A DNA stretch of 55,534 nt from Alphaproteobacteria bacterium MarineAlpha5_Bin7 (GCA_002938195.1 PTKX01000006.1:1-55534); one strand, 5' to 3'. Positions 44,305 through 54,239 are shown, numbered from the stretch's first letter. Program-made: numbers and translations. The notes: generated from the sequence alone by a model not told the origin.

Positions 44305-47279
44305 CTGCAAAAAGATTAAAAGATTACGGAAAAGTTAATCAAGATAAAATATTATCATTTACTTGGGAAAATAAAAAATATTTTGGTTACAAGGGCGATA
44401 GTTTGGCAGCATCTCTTTTAGCAAATAATATCAATATAATTGGAAGAAGTTTTAAATACCATCGTCCTAGAGGAATAATGTCTGCAGGAGTTGAAGAATC
44501 TGGAGCTCTGGTTACCATAGGTAAAAATGAATATACTGATCCAAATGTTAGGGCTACTTCTCAAGAGTTATATGAAGGTTTGATAGCATCGGGTCAAAAT
44601 GCATTTCCAAATGTTAATTTTGATCTTGGTTATATTAATAACTATCTAAGCCGTTTTTTTGCTGCGGGTTTTTACTATAAAACTTTTATGGGCTTACCAC
44701 CTTTTGAGTGGGGTAAAGGAACTAAGATTTGGATGATCTATGAAAAATTGATTAGAAAAGCAGCAGGGATGGGTAAAGCTTCTAAAATGCCAGATCCTGA
44801 CAAGTATGAGCACGCTAATGAATTTTGTGACGTACTTATTATTGGTTCAGGACCATCTGGAATAGCAGCAGCCGTTGAAGCGGCAAACAACAATCTAGAT
44901 GTTATACTTGTGGAACAAGATCATGTTATAGGAGGGAACTTACTTTCAAATTCAAACTTTGATTTTGAAGAAAAAAAATATTTTTTGCAAAAAGCTGGAA
45001 TTAAAGTGATGACGAGAACTACGGCTTTTGGTTTATATGATAATTGCGTAGCAGGTATGATCGAGAGAGTTAATGATCACTTTTTTTTACCAAAAAATAA
45101 TACTCCAAGACAGAGATTTTGGACAATTCGTTCAAAGCATATAATTTTAAGTACAGGTTCTTTGGAAAGACATATTGCTTTTAATAATAATGACATACCT
45201 GGAGTAATGACTGTTAATGCAGCTAGACATTATTTAAATAGATATGGAGTATTAGCAGGAGAAAAAATTATTATCTGTACCAATAATGATTCTGTATTTG
45301 AAACTTCGATATTATTATCTAAAGCTGGAGCTAAAGTAAAAGTATTTGATATTAGAGAAAAGATTGATGAAAACACAATAAAAAAACTTAATACCAACAA
45401 TGTTGAAATAGAGTTTAACAAAGCTCCATTAAACATTCAAGGAAACAAAAAAGTTGAAAGTATCGATATAGGAATAAAAGTGGGCAATAAATACAAAAAA
45501 GTTAACGAAGAAGAATGTGACTTGGTATTAATATCAGGAGGCTGGTCTCCGGTTATTCATCTTTTATCACATAGGGGTATAAAACCTAAATGGGATAAAG
45601 AAAATCTTTGCTTCTTACCTAGCCAATCTTCAGAACCTATAACAGTTGCAGGCTCCGCTGCAGGTATATGGAATAATGATGATTGTGAAGCTTCAGGTAT
45701 TGCCTCAGGATTAAAAGCGGCAAATGAAATTGGAATTAAAACCTCTGATTATTTTTTTCCTAAACAAGGAGGTTGGAAAAATCCTATATTTCCACTATTT
45801 GAAATAAAATCAAATCGATCAAGATCAAAAAGTTTTATAGATTTTCAGCATGACGTAACATCAGATGATATCAGGTTAGCCCATAGAGAAGGTTTTGTGT
45901 CAGTAGAGCACCTAAAAAGATATACAACTTTAGGAATGGCTAACGATCAAGGTAAAATGGGGAATATAATTGGATTATCAATAATGGCAGATTTATTACA
46001 GAAAGAAATTTCCGAAGTGGGTACCACGGTATTTAGACCACCTTATACACCTATATCAATTGGAGCGTTAGCAGGGAGAAATGTAAATAAACATTTCAGG
46101 CCATTAAGGGTTACACCATTGCATGATTGGAATTTAGAAAATGGTGCTAAAATGATAGAGACCGGGTTATATCAAAGACCTTGGTATTATCCAAAAAATA
46201 ATGAAAAATTGGCAGATGCGTATATTAGAGAGGCAAGCTCAGTAAGAAAAACAGTTGGATTATGCGATGTTACTTCTTTGGGGAAAATTTCAATACAAGG
46301 CCCTGATTCTACTATTTTTTTGAATAAGGTTTATAGCAATGCCTTTGCTAAGCTACCTATAAACAAAGCAAGATATGGTATTATGCTAAGAGATGATGGA
46401 TTGGTGATGGACGATGGAACTTCTTGGAGACTTTCTGAGAATGAATATTTTATGACTACATCTACAGCTCATGCTGCAAAGGTTATGTTATGGTTAGAGG
46501 AGTTATTACAAACTCGATGGCAAAACTTAAAAGTTCATGTAACTTCTGTTTCTGAAGAATGGGCGGCTGTATCAATTGCTGGACCAAAATCAAGAGATAC
46601 TCTTTCTTTGTGTGTTGAAGATCCTAATTTAATATCTAATGATAATTTGCCTTTTATGGGATTAACTCAAACTAAATTAAACAATGGTATACCTTGCAGA
46701 ATAGCTAGAATTAGTTTTTCAGGTGAGTTAGCTTTTGAAATTTATACCCCTTCTGATTTTGCATATAATATGATGAATATTCTTTGGGAAAGTGCAAAAA
46801 AATTTGATGGGTGTTTATATGGATTAGAAGCTTTGGGAGCACTAAGAATTGAAAAAGGTCATGTTACTGGAGCAGAATTAGACGGAAGAGTTACTATAGA
46901 GGATGTAGAATTGGGTAAAATGGCTTCTGATAAAAAATCATATATTGGCAGTGCAATGCAAAAAAGAGGAGTGTTAGCAGATAAAGATAGAGAAACTTTA
47001 GTGGGTATTTTTCCAAGAAATAAATCACAAACCTTTGATGCAGGAACTATTATTTGTAAAAAAAATGAAATTAAAGGATATGGAATAGGCAGAATTACTT
47101 CTGTAACTTATTCACCTGGATTAGGTCATTGGATTGGATTGGGATTCATAAAAGGCGGTTATACTGAGTGGAAAAACACAATTGTCGTTGGAGCAGATCC
47201 TGTTAGAAATAAGGAAATTGATTTAGAAATTGTTTCTCCTCACATGTTTGATCCCAAGGGGGAGAGATTACATGGTTGA
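44301..47279 (+). CDS. soxA: Sarcosine oxidase family, alpha subunit
   Basis: GDSLAASLLAN, RSFKYHRPRG, IGSGPSG, EHLKRYTTLGMANDQG, GcvT-like C-terminal domain. Confidence 0.94.
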   Translation: MTAKRLKDYGKVNQDKILSFTWENKKYFGYKGDSLAASLLANNINIIGRSFKYHRPRGIMSAGVEESGALVTIGKNEYTDPNVRATSQELYEGLIASGQNAFPNVNFDLGYINNYLSRFFAAGFYYKTFMGLPPFEWGKGTKIWMIYEKLIRKAAGMGKASKMPDPDKYEHANEFCDVLIIGSGPSGIAAAVEAANNNLDVILVEQDHVIGGNLLSNSNFDFEEKKYFLQKAGIKVMTRTTAFGLYDNCVAGMIERVNDHFFLPKNNTPRQRFWTIRSKHIILSTGSLERHIAFNNNDIPGVMTVNAARHYLNRYGVLAGEKIIICTNNDSVFETSILLSKAGAKVKVFDIREKIDENTIKKLNTNNVEIEFNKAPLNIQGNKKVESIDIGIKVGNKYKKVNEEECDLVLISGGWSPVIHLLSHRGIKPKWDKENLCFLPSQSSEPITVAGSAAGIWNNDDCEASGIASGLKAANEIGIKTSDYFFPKQGGWKNPIFPLFEIKSNRSRSKSFIDFQHDVTSDDIRLAHREGFVSVEHLKRYTTLGMANDQGKMGNIIGLSIMADLLQKEISEVGTTVFRPPYTPISIGALAGRNVNKHFRPLRVTPLHDWNLENGAKMIETGLYQRPWYYPKNNEKLADAYIREASSVRKTVGLCDVTSLGKISIQGPDSTIFLNKVYSNAFAKLPINKARYGIMLRDDGLVMDDGTSWRLSENEYFMTTSTAHAAKVMLWLEELLQTRWQNLKVHVTSVSEEWAAVSIAGPKSRDTLSLCVEDPNLISNDNLPFMGLTQTKLNNGIPCRIARISFSGELAFEIYTPSDFAYNMMNILWESAKKFDGCLYGLEALGALRIEKGHVTGAELDGRVTIEDVELGKMASDKKSYIGSAMQKRGVLADKDRETLVGIFPRNKSQTFDAGTIICKKNEIKGYGIGRITSVTYSPGLGHWIGLGFIKGGYTEWKNTIVVGADPVRNKEIDLEIVSPHMFDPKGERLHG

Positions 47280-47832
47280 CAGAACTTCAGCTTTAGATAA
47301 AAATTATGAAATTGTTAAAAAAATCAATGATGAAAAAGTTAATCTTATATTTAACAGAAATATTAATTTACAGATTACACAAGTGGCAGCATGGCCCGAT
47401 ACAGTTTCAAAAGTTGAATTAATTATATCAAAATATTTAAAAATATTATCATTACCTAGATCAAATTTCGCTGAAGATAATGATTCTTTTGCTATAATGA
47501 GAGTAGAACCTCTTAAATGGTGGATTCTTGGTTCTGATATTCCTTTATTATCGACTGAAGAGGGAACTACATTAGATTTATCTCATTCATTCACGAATAT
47601 TCAAATATCTGGACCAAGTGCCAAATTATTTTTGAATAGGTTTTTACCTCTAGATTTAAGAGACAATTCATTTCCAATCAACAAAGTGGCCTCTTCAGCT
47701 ATACATCATGTTAGTGTAAAATTATGGCTTTCAAGAAATGGCTTTCAATTATTTATACCACGAGGCTATGCAATGTCATTGTGGGAAATTTTTCAAGAAT
47801 CAGCAACTCAATTTGGATATGAAATAAAGTAA
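47272..47832 (+). CDS. soxG: Sarcosine oxidase family, gamma subunit (start moved to ATG 47272)
   Basis: DLSHS, PLDL, F.P..VA, IPRGYA.SLW; SD GGAGAG; follows soxA. Confidence 0.85.
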   Translation: MVDRTSALDKNYEIVKKINDEKVNLIFNRNINLQITQVAAWPDTVSKVELIISKYLKILSLPRSNFAEDNDSFAIMRVEPLKWWILGSDIPLLSTEEGTTLDLSHSFTNIQISGPSAKLFLNRFLPLDLRDNSFPINKVASSAIHHVSVKLWLSRNGFQLFIPRGYAMSLWEIFQESATQFGYEIK

Positions 47833-47929
47833 CATTGCTGTTTAGCTTGTTACTTTTTTACGCAAACTAAATCGTATTATTTTCTAGCTATTTGGTGATT
47901 ATTTGTCTAGAGAACTTATCAATTTTTTT

Positions 47930-49051
47930 ATGAAATCAAATCCTGAAATAACTTTTGGAACCAGAATAAGAAAATCCCCTTTTTTTGATTCTACAATAAA
48001 ATGGGGATGCAAGGCTTTTACAATATACAATAAAATGTACATGCCAACATACTATAAATCATTTGTTGAGGATTATTGGTCATTAGTGAATGATGTTACA
48101 TTATGGGATGTAGCAGGAGAAAGACAAGTTGAGATAACTGGAAAAGATGCTGAAAAATTTGTTGAATATATTACGCCAAGAGATATTTCTGCATGTAAAG
48201 TTGGTCAATGCATGTATATTTTGTTAACCGAAAAAGATGGAGGTATTGTAAATGATCCAGTTCTATTAAAATTAGATGAAAATCATTTTTGGTTATCAAT
48301 TGCTGATAGCGATGTATTATTATGGTGCTTAGGTATTGCTTCTTCAAATAGATTTGATGTTAAATTATCTGAGCCTGACGCTTCTCCATTATCACTACAA
48401 GGTCCAAAATCACCTGATGTTATGGCAAGAGTGTCAGGTGAATGGGTAAAAGGATTAAAATTTTTTAATTTTAAAAAATCTGTAATTAATGGAATACCTG
48501 TGATTATTGCAAGAAGTGGATGGAGTGGGGAACCTGGTTTCGAAATTTATTTATTAGACGGTTCTAGAGGAAATGAATTATGGGAAATAATTATGGAAGC
48601 TGGGAAAGATTATAAGATTGCCCCAGCTTGCCCTTCACAAATTAATAGGGTTGAGAGTGGAATGCTTTCATATGGTTCTGATATGACTCTACAGGAAAAT
48701 CCTTATGATGTTAGTTTAGGAAAATTTGTTAATATAGATAAAAAAGCCGATTTTTTATCTAAAGCGGCTTTAAGTAATATTAAACAAAAAGGAATTCTTA
48801 AAGAAATGGTAGGTGTAGAAATCATGGAAAAAACATCAGATGAATTTATTCGAGATCACTTGCCTATTTATGATGAAAAAAATGTTGTTGGTAAAATTAC
48901 ATCCAGCGTTTATTCTCCAAGACTAAAAAAAAATATAGGATTGGCAATTATAAATAAGGAGAACATAAATTCTAATAATCTTAGACTAGAGTATAGCGGA
49001 AAAAGTATAGAAATAAAAATTTCTCAATTACCTTTTCTTAGGAATAAATAG
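47930..49051 (+). CDS. DmdA/GcvT-family THF-dependent demethylase (start ATG 47930 or TTG 47903)
   Basis: TRIRKSPFF, YNKMYMP, LWDVAGERQVEI, NDPVLL, WLSIADSD, RSGWSGE, RVESG.LSYG. Confidence 0.85.
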   Translation: MKSNPEITFGTRIRKSPFFDSTIKWGCKAFTIYNKMYMPTYYKSFVEDYWSLVNDVTLWDVAGERQVEITGKDAEKFVEYITPRDISACKVGQCMYILLTEKDGGIVNDPVLLKLDENHFWLSIADSDVLLWCLGIASSNRFDVKLSEPDASPLSLQGPKSPDVMARVSGEWVKGLKFFNFKKSVINGIPVIIARSGWSGEPGFEIYLLDGSRGNELWEIIMEAGKDYKIAPACPSQINRVESGMLSYGSDMTLQENPYDVSLGKFVNIDKKADFLSKAALSNIKQKGILKEMVGVEIMEKTSDEFIRDHLPIYDEKNVVGKITSSVYSPRLKKNIGLAIINKENINSNNLRLEYSGKSIEIKISQLPFLRNK

Positions 49052-49918
49052 TTGCCATTTAAAGATTATTTTTTAGCTATTAGTGTGCCTTTATTATGGG
49101 GAATTGGCATGGTGATAACTAAGCCTGGAATGGAATATTTTCCTCCAATGCTTATTAATGGTTTGCGCTGGGGTTTAACGGGCATCATTCTTGTTTGGTG
49201 GTTTCCTATACCCAAAGATTATTTATTTAAAATATTTCTGGTGTCTATTATTGCGTGTACAATTCAGTATTCTTTAACCTTTTCTGGCTTAAATATAATA
49301 GATGCTTCATCAGCAGTACTTTTTGTGCAATGTGAAGTGCCATTTGGTGTATTAATTGCATATTTATTTTTAAAAGAAAAACCCCATCTTAAAAATATTA
49401 TTGGCATAGCAATTGCCTTTATAGGTTTGCTTATTCTATCAGGCTCACCAAATCTTGAAGGAAAATACATCGGAGTAATTCTAGTTTTATCAGGAGCATT
49501 TACTTGGGCTTTGGGACAAATTTTAATTAAACCAATAAGTGAAAAAATAAATGGAATTGTTCTTACAGCATGGATAGGAGTGTTTGCGGGACCGCAATTA
49601 ATTATTTCATCACACTTAATAGAGGGAAATGTTTTTAACAACATTGTGAATGCTGATTATAGAGCTTGGCTTATAGTAATATATTTAGGATTACTTATGA
49701 ATTCTTTAGGATATAGTATTTGGTATTATGTTTTAGGAAAGTATGCGGTTCAAAAAATATTACCAGTAATGCTACTTCTTCCTGTAACTGGAGTTTTGAC
49801 AGCTATTATCTTCCTCGGAGAAAGACCTGATATTAAAGTGTTTATAGGTGGCTTTATTATTATATTAGGTGTTGCTTTGATCTTATTTGAAAAAATCAAA
49901 CTTAATCAAAAAATTTAA
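49052..49918 (+). CDS. EamA/DMT family transporter
   Basis: About ten TM helices in two repeats; LWG, FPP, LKEK, LGE; TTG start. Confidence 0.88.
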   Translation: MPFKDYFLAISVPLLWGIGMVITKPGMEYFPPMLINGLRWGLTGIILVWWFPIPKDYLFKIFLVSIIACTIQYSLTFSGLNIIDASSAVLFVQCEVPFGVLIAYLFLKEKPHLKNIIGIAIAFIGLLILSGSPNLEGKYIGVILVLSGAFTWALGQILIKPISEKINGIVLTAWIGVFAGPQLIISSHLIEGNVFNNIVNADYRAWLIVIYLGLLMNSLGYSIWYYVLGKYAVQKILPVMLLLPVTGVLTAIIFLGERPDIKVFIGGFIIILGVALILFEKIKLNQKI

Positions 49919-50620
49919 TTAATCATTATCATTCTTTGCACCTGCTCCTTTTAATCTAGATTCTAATGATTCTGGCACATAAGAGCGTTGAGCGATTTTT
50001 TCTAAAGTTTTCCAATATCTTGAATTAGGTTTAAGTGATTTAGATAAATTATTTTGAATGGTATGATTTGTTATTTCTTGTTTAAATTTTTCTAATTTTA
50101 AAGAATCAGATTTTTTTGAAATAATAATTTTTACTTGATTTTTTTTAAGTTTCTCAAAGTTAGAATTTGATCCAATTTTTACTGAATTTTTTTTAATTGA
50201 GTAAAAAAAATTTTCTTTTTTATTTTTAACATATATTAAATGTGAAAATAAAACCTTATTTGTAATTTTAAATAGAAGAGGAAGAAAATAAATAGGCTCT
50301 TCACAATTATTTATAACAATTTCTATTCTTTTTTCTTTATCAATTATAGAGCTAAAGTAATCTATTAATCCAGGCCCTTTCATTAAAACCGATTTTTTTT
50401 TTAAATCAATAACTAATTTTTTTTTTGATAATTTAATTTTTCCATCATATTTTTTATCAATTTTATTTATTGTATTTATAAGTAGTTTTACGCCATACAA
50501 ATTGTTTAATTCAAGCCATGCGATGATAAACGCTGCATCTTCATCTGCTCCATAGGGAAAGCCCATTCCAGAGAAAGCTCTTAAGGCATTTATGTAGACT
50601 TCATAATATGAGAAATTCAC
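49919..50620 (-). CDS. DUF3726-like protein
   Basis: N-terminal EV...A.RAF.G.G..YG..EDAA....WLE and C-terminal YVPES..SRL.GAGA...ND, recognised from memory as DUF3726; GTG start. Confidence 0.72.
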   Translation of the reverse strand: MNFSYYEVYINALRAFSGMGFPYGADEDAAFIIAWLELNNLYGVKLLINTINKIDKKYDGKIKLSKKKLVIDLKKKSVLMKGPGLIDYFSSIIDKEKRIEIVINNCEEPIYFLPLLFKITNKVLFSHLIYVKNKKENFFYSIKKNSVKIGSNSNFEKLKKNQVKIIISKKSDSLKLEKFKQEITNHTIQNNLSKSLKPNSRYWKTLEKIAQRSYVPESLESRLKGAGAKNDND

Positions 50621-50626
50621 TGTTAA

Positions 50627-52288
50627 TTAATATGAATCCATGTTAGCAAAACCCCATTCATCAACGTTTTTGTCAGAAAGTTTATTAAAGAAAGGTGCCC
50701 CTGGGAAGAAACTAACTCTGAGCCATCTATCAGATCTGGGATCATATCTGGAGGCTCCAAAAAATGATAATTTAAAACGCAACATATTTATAGGCAATGT
50801 TTGTTTTGCTAAGATATTATCATTAACCTCTCCATATTGAAATTTGGATAAAGTTTGGATTCTTCTAATAATTCCCCTGTATTCTGGAAATTTTAACAAA
50901 AATTCAGCAATATTTAATTTATGTGTTTTTGGATTATTGGCAATAAAATTATATAATTCATTTACCATCTTTCCTATACCAAGAGGTTGTTCTAATTCTG
51001 CGCCTTTTTCATTAAAGCGCTCACCTAATCTTGGCTCTAATTTTGCTTCAGAAATATACCAAAATAAAAATAAGTTTTTTTTATTTTTAAAATTTATATT
51101 AATAGCCCATTTGTATTTATTTCTAATTTCATATAAAAGTGATTTAATAGTCTGATTGGTTTCTATATTCATATCCTCATTTTCAGACATATTTTCTGCA
51201 AGTGGATCTGCAATCTTAGGAAATAACTCAATTATTTGAACTTTAGTAATTTCTTGAGCATCATAACTAAATTTTTTTTCGGTATAGACAATTATATTTT
51301 TCCATGAAATATTATTTTTTTTATTTAAAGAAATCTTTTTACAATACTTAATTATATTTTTTAAATCATTTGATGATTTGCGATTCTTATTCTTTTGAAA
51401 ATTGTCATAGGTCAGTACTTCATCTAAATATAGCTTAGCTTTCTCTAAAAGTTTTATAAATTTAACAAAATGTTTTTTATTTATCTTTTTTATAAATTTT
51501 ATATCATTAAGAGCTTGTTCATATTGTTTCATCCACTGATGTATCAAAGTCGGATGTTTAATTATAAATGGAGCCATACCTAGACCAGTAGAATTTCCTA
51601 TACCTAGATGCTGTTTAATATTATCATTTAACTTAACTGCTTTTAACGGATTTTTTTTATGAGCTATGTGCTCTACAAGATCTACGCTAAACTCTCTGAT
51701 TATATATACAGCTAACATTTCTGCTCTAAATGGTTGTTTAAAATCAGTTTTCGTTTTTGTTCTAAAAAAATCTGACATTCCAAATTTACCATTGCCATAA
51801 ACAGCTGTTGTTCTTAGAAGATATCCTACGTCATTAACATCTTTTATGCTAGGTTGCTCTCCAATAGAAAGGCAAGTTACAACTTTGTCAAATAAGCGCA
51901 AACTTTTATTAGCTCTACTTAATACTAATTCATTGGCTGAATTTCTTCCTGCTTCTTGTAAAGGTATGTTTTGCCTAAGACGTTTTAGATTTTTTGTTGA
52001 TATTTTGCCTATATGCAGAGTATAGGCTGTATCCCATTTATCAGCAATTACTCTGTCACTTCTATCTTTTGCAGCTAAATATTGTGAAAAACAAACTAAT
52101 GAATATATCTGATTTTTTGTATTTATTTCATAAATAGCAGTTCCATAACCGTTTTTATCTAACGCAAACTTAGACTTAGATATTTTCCATTTTTCTTTAA
52201 CTATTGTTCTTAGCATGCTTCTTGAGAAACTTAATCTAGAAGGATATCTAGAACCCATCCGATCCAAGGTCATATTATTTTTTTTCAT
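50627..52288 (-). CDS. Conserved hypothetical protein (553 aa)
   Basis: Long ORF with non-random motif blocks: RLSFSR, DRVIADKWD, GYLLRTTAVYGNGKFG, GIGNSTGLGMAPF, KLEPRLGER, FFGASRYDPRSDRW. Confidence 0.85.
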   Translation of the reverse strand: MKKNNMTLDRMGSRYPSRLSFSRSMLRTIVKEKWKISKSKFALDKNGYGTAIYEINTKNQIYSLVCFSQYLAAKDRSDRVIADKWDTAYTLHIGKISTKNLKRLRQNIPLQEAGRNSANELVLSRANKSLRLFDKVVTCLSIGEQPSIKDVNDVGYLLRTTAVYGNGKFGMSDFFRTKTKTDFKQPFRAEMLAVYIIREFSVDLVEHIAHKKNPLKAVKLNDNIKQHLGIGNSTGLGMAPFIIKHPTLIHQWMKQYEQALNDIKFIKKINKKHFVKFIKLLEKAKLYLDEVLTYDNFQKNKNRKSSNDLKNIIKYCKKISLNKKNNISWKNIIVYTEKKFSYDAQEITKVQIIELFPKIADPLAENMSENEDMNIETNQTIKSLLYEIRNKYKWAININFKNKKNLFLFWYISEAKLEPRLGERFNEKGAELEQPLGIGKMVNELYNFIANNPKTHKLNIAEFLLKFPEYRGIIRRIQTLSKFQYGEVNDNILAKQTLPINMLRFKLSFFGASRYDPRSDRWLRVSFFPGAPFFNKLSDKNVDEWGFANMDSY

Positions 52289-52344
52289 TTATTTAAGTAT
52301 ATATAGTTAATTATGTTAAATATATTAATACTATATTTATAATT

Positions 52345-53331
52345 ATGGAAAAAAATTATCAAAATCAAATAATCATTGATGGACTCCAGTATTGTAACTG
52401 GAATAGAGAAATATTTGAAGATTTATGGAATGGAGGTATTACTGCAGTCCATGCAACACTGGTTTATTGGGAAAATACTGAAGAATCATTCAATAGAATT
52501 AATGAGTGGAATAAAATATTTGATGAAAATAATGATATTATATGTCACGCAAAATCCACCAATGATATATTGCAGGCTAAAAAAAATAAAAAAGTAGCAA
52601 TAATATTTGGTTTTCAAAATTCAGCCCCTATTGCTAATGATATATATTTGTTACAAAATTTTTTTAATCAAGGGTTAAGATTTATGCAACTTACCTACAA
52701 TAACCAAACTCCTCTTGGAGGAGGCTGTTTCGAAAATAATGACTCAGGTGTTAGCCGTTTTGGCAAAGAAGTTATCGAAGAAATGAACAGATTAGGAATC
52801 ATTGTTGATCTAAGCCATGCTGGTAAAAATACCTGTCTTGATGCCATTAAATATTCTTCTAAACCAGTAGCAATATCACATGCTAATCCAAAATTTTTTC
52901 ACAATTCACTTAGAAATATAGAGGATGAAGTTTTAATTGAACTTGCAAAAAAAAATGGATTTATCGGCTTAAGTTTATACCCCTATCATCTTAAAAACTT
53001 TGGCGAATGTACTTTAGAGGACTTTTGTGCAATGATAAAAAAATTAATTAATTTAATTGGAATTGAGCATATAGGAATAGGATCGGATTTATGTAAAAAT
53101 TGGCCCAATGAAGTTGTGATGTGGATGAGAAATGGAAAATGGACAAAAAAAATTGATTATGGAGAATCTACTAATAAAAATATTAATTGGCCAAAACAAC
53201 CTATTTGGTTCACAAAAGGAAGCGATTTAAAAAATATTTTTGAATCTTTAGTTATAAATGGATTAAGCGAAGATCAAGCTTATAAAATCATGGGAATAAA
53301 TTGGCTTAATTTTATGAAAAATCATTTCTAG
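52345..53331 (+). CDS. Membrane dipeptidase (M19)-fold amidohydrolase with atypical metal site
   Basis: IIDGLQY, GFQN, QLTYNN, DLSH, SHAN, GIGSD, MG.NW. Confidence 0.88.
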   Translation: MEKNYQNQIIIDGLQYCNWNREIFEDLWNGGITAVHATLVYWENTEESFNRINEWNKIFDENNDIICHAKSTNDILQAKKNKKVAIIFGFQNSAPIANDIYLLQNFFNQGLRFMQLTYNNQTPLGGGCFENNDSGVSRFGKEVIEEMNRLGIIVDLSHAGKNTCLDAIKYSSKPVAISHANPKFFHNSLRNIEDEVLIELAKKNGFIGLSLYPYHLKNFGECTLEDFCAMIKKLINLIGIEHIGIGSDLCKNWPNEVVMWMRNGKWTKKIDYGESTNKNINWPKQPIWFTKGSDLKNIFESLVINGLSEDQAYKIMGINWLNFMKNHF

Positions 53332-54190
53332 AATTTTTAGAATTGTAAGAACCAATAATTAAACTTATGATAACTACGCACACTCCAACAACCTGATACT
53401 GAGTTAATTTTTCACTCAAAATAATAGTTGCTCCAAGAATGCCAACTACTGGCTCAATATATAATAACAAGGCTGTTTTAGATTGACCAATTTTCTGTAT
53501 AGCAATTAGTTGTGAAAAAAAAGCTATTGTATAAAAAATTGTAGGCATAAGCACCATTGTCCATGCCCCCATTCCAATTTTGAAATTTAAATTAAAAAAA
53601 ATATAGATTACAAGTATAAAAAAAATACAATTAAATGAGTTTGTAAAAAAATGAATGTGAATTGGGTTAATTTTCAAATTAGACATTTTTTGATTAGTTA
53701 TAATCATTGTTGAAGCTCCAATAGAAGCTATGATTGCAGCAAAAATACCTTCAAAATTTAATCGATCAAAAGAAGGGCCTAAAACAAAAAAAATACCTAT
53801 GAAAGCAATAAAAAAAAATAATTTTTTTCTAAAGTGAATTTTTTCTTTGATAATAAAGATAGAAAAAATTAAAACTATAATTGGATAAGTAGAAAAAATT
53901 AACATCGTTAAGCTTACATCAATAAAATTTACAGCCGATAGCAAGCCAGTTGTTAATAAAATTGAACTTAAGGTAAAAAGCATTAGAATAGTTATATTTG
54001 ATTTAAAAATATCTATTGAGGGAGGCTTGTAAAATAAAGCTGGAATTATTAGTATAGTCCCAACAATATATCTGAGGATAATTGCTAATCCAATGCTGGC
54101 TCCAAGGTTATAGGCTAGTTTTGTAGTAGGGCCTATAAAGCCAAAAAATATACCTGCGCTAAGTGCAGCGATTAAGCCTAATAAATTCAT
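53312..54190 (-). CDS. EamA/DMT family transporter
   Basis: About ten TM helices; TYP, KEK, IEPV, LSE motifs. Confidence 0.85.
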   Translation of the reverse strand: MNLLGLIAALSAGIFFGFIGPTTKLAYNLGASIGLAIILRYIVGTILIIPALFYKPPSIDIFKSNITILMLFTLSSILLTTGLLSAVNFIDVSLTMLIFSTYPIIVLIFSIFIIKEKIHFRKKLFFFIAFIGIFFVLGPSFDRLNFEGIFAAIIASIGASTMIITNQKMSNLKINPIHIHFFTNSFNCIFFILVIYIFFNLNFKIGMGAWTMVLMPTIFYTIAFFSQLIAIQKIGQSKTALLLYIEPVVGILGATIILSEKLTQYQVVGVCVVIISLIIGSYNSKNSRNDFS

Positions 54191-54239
54191 ATTAACGATT
54201 GATATATTTTTTTAATCCTAATTCAAACTTAATCTAAGC

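Noticed and set aside
50393-50426. Two 10-nt homopolymers in the DUF3726 gene as phase-variation tracts
   Set aside because: They encode Lys runs, the frame is intact, and similar A/T runs are common in this AT-rich sequence.
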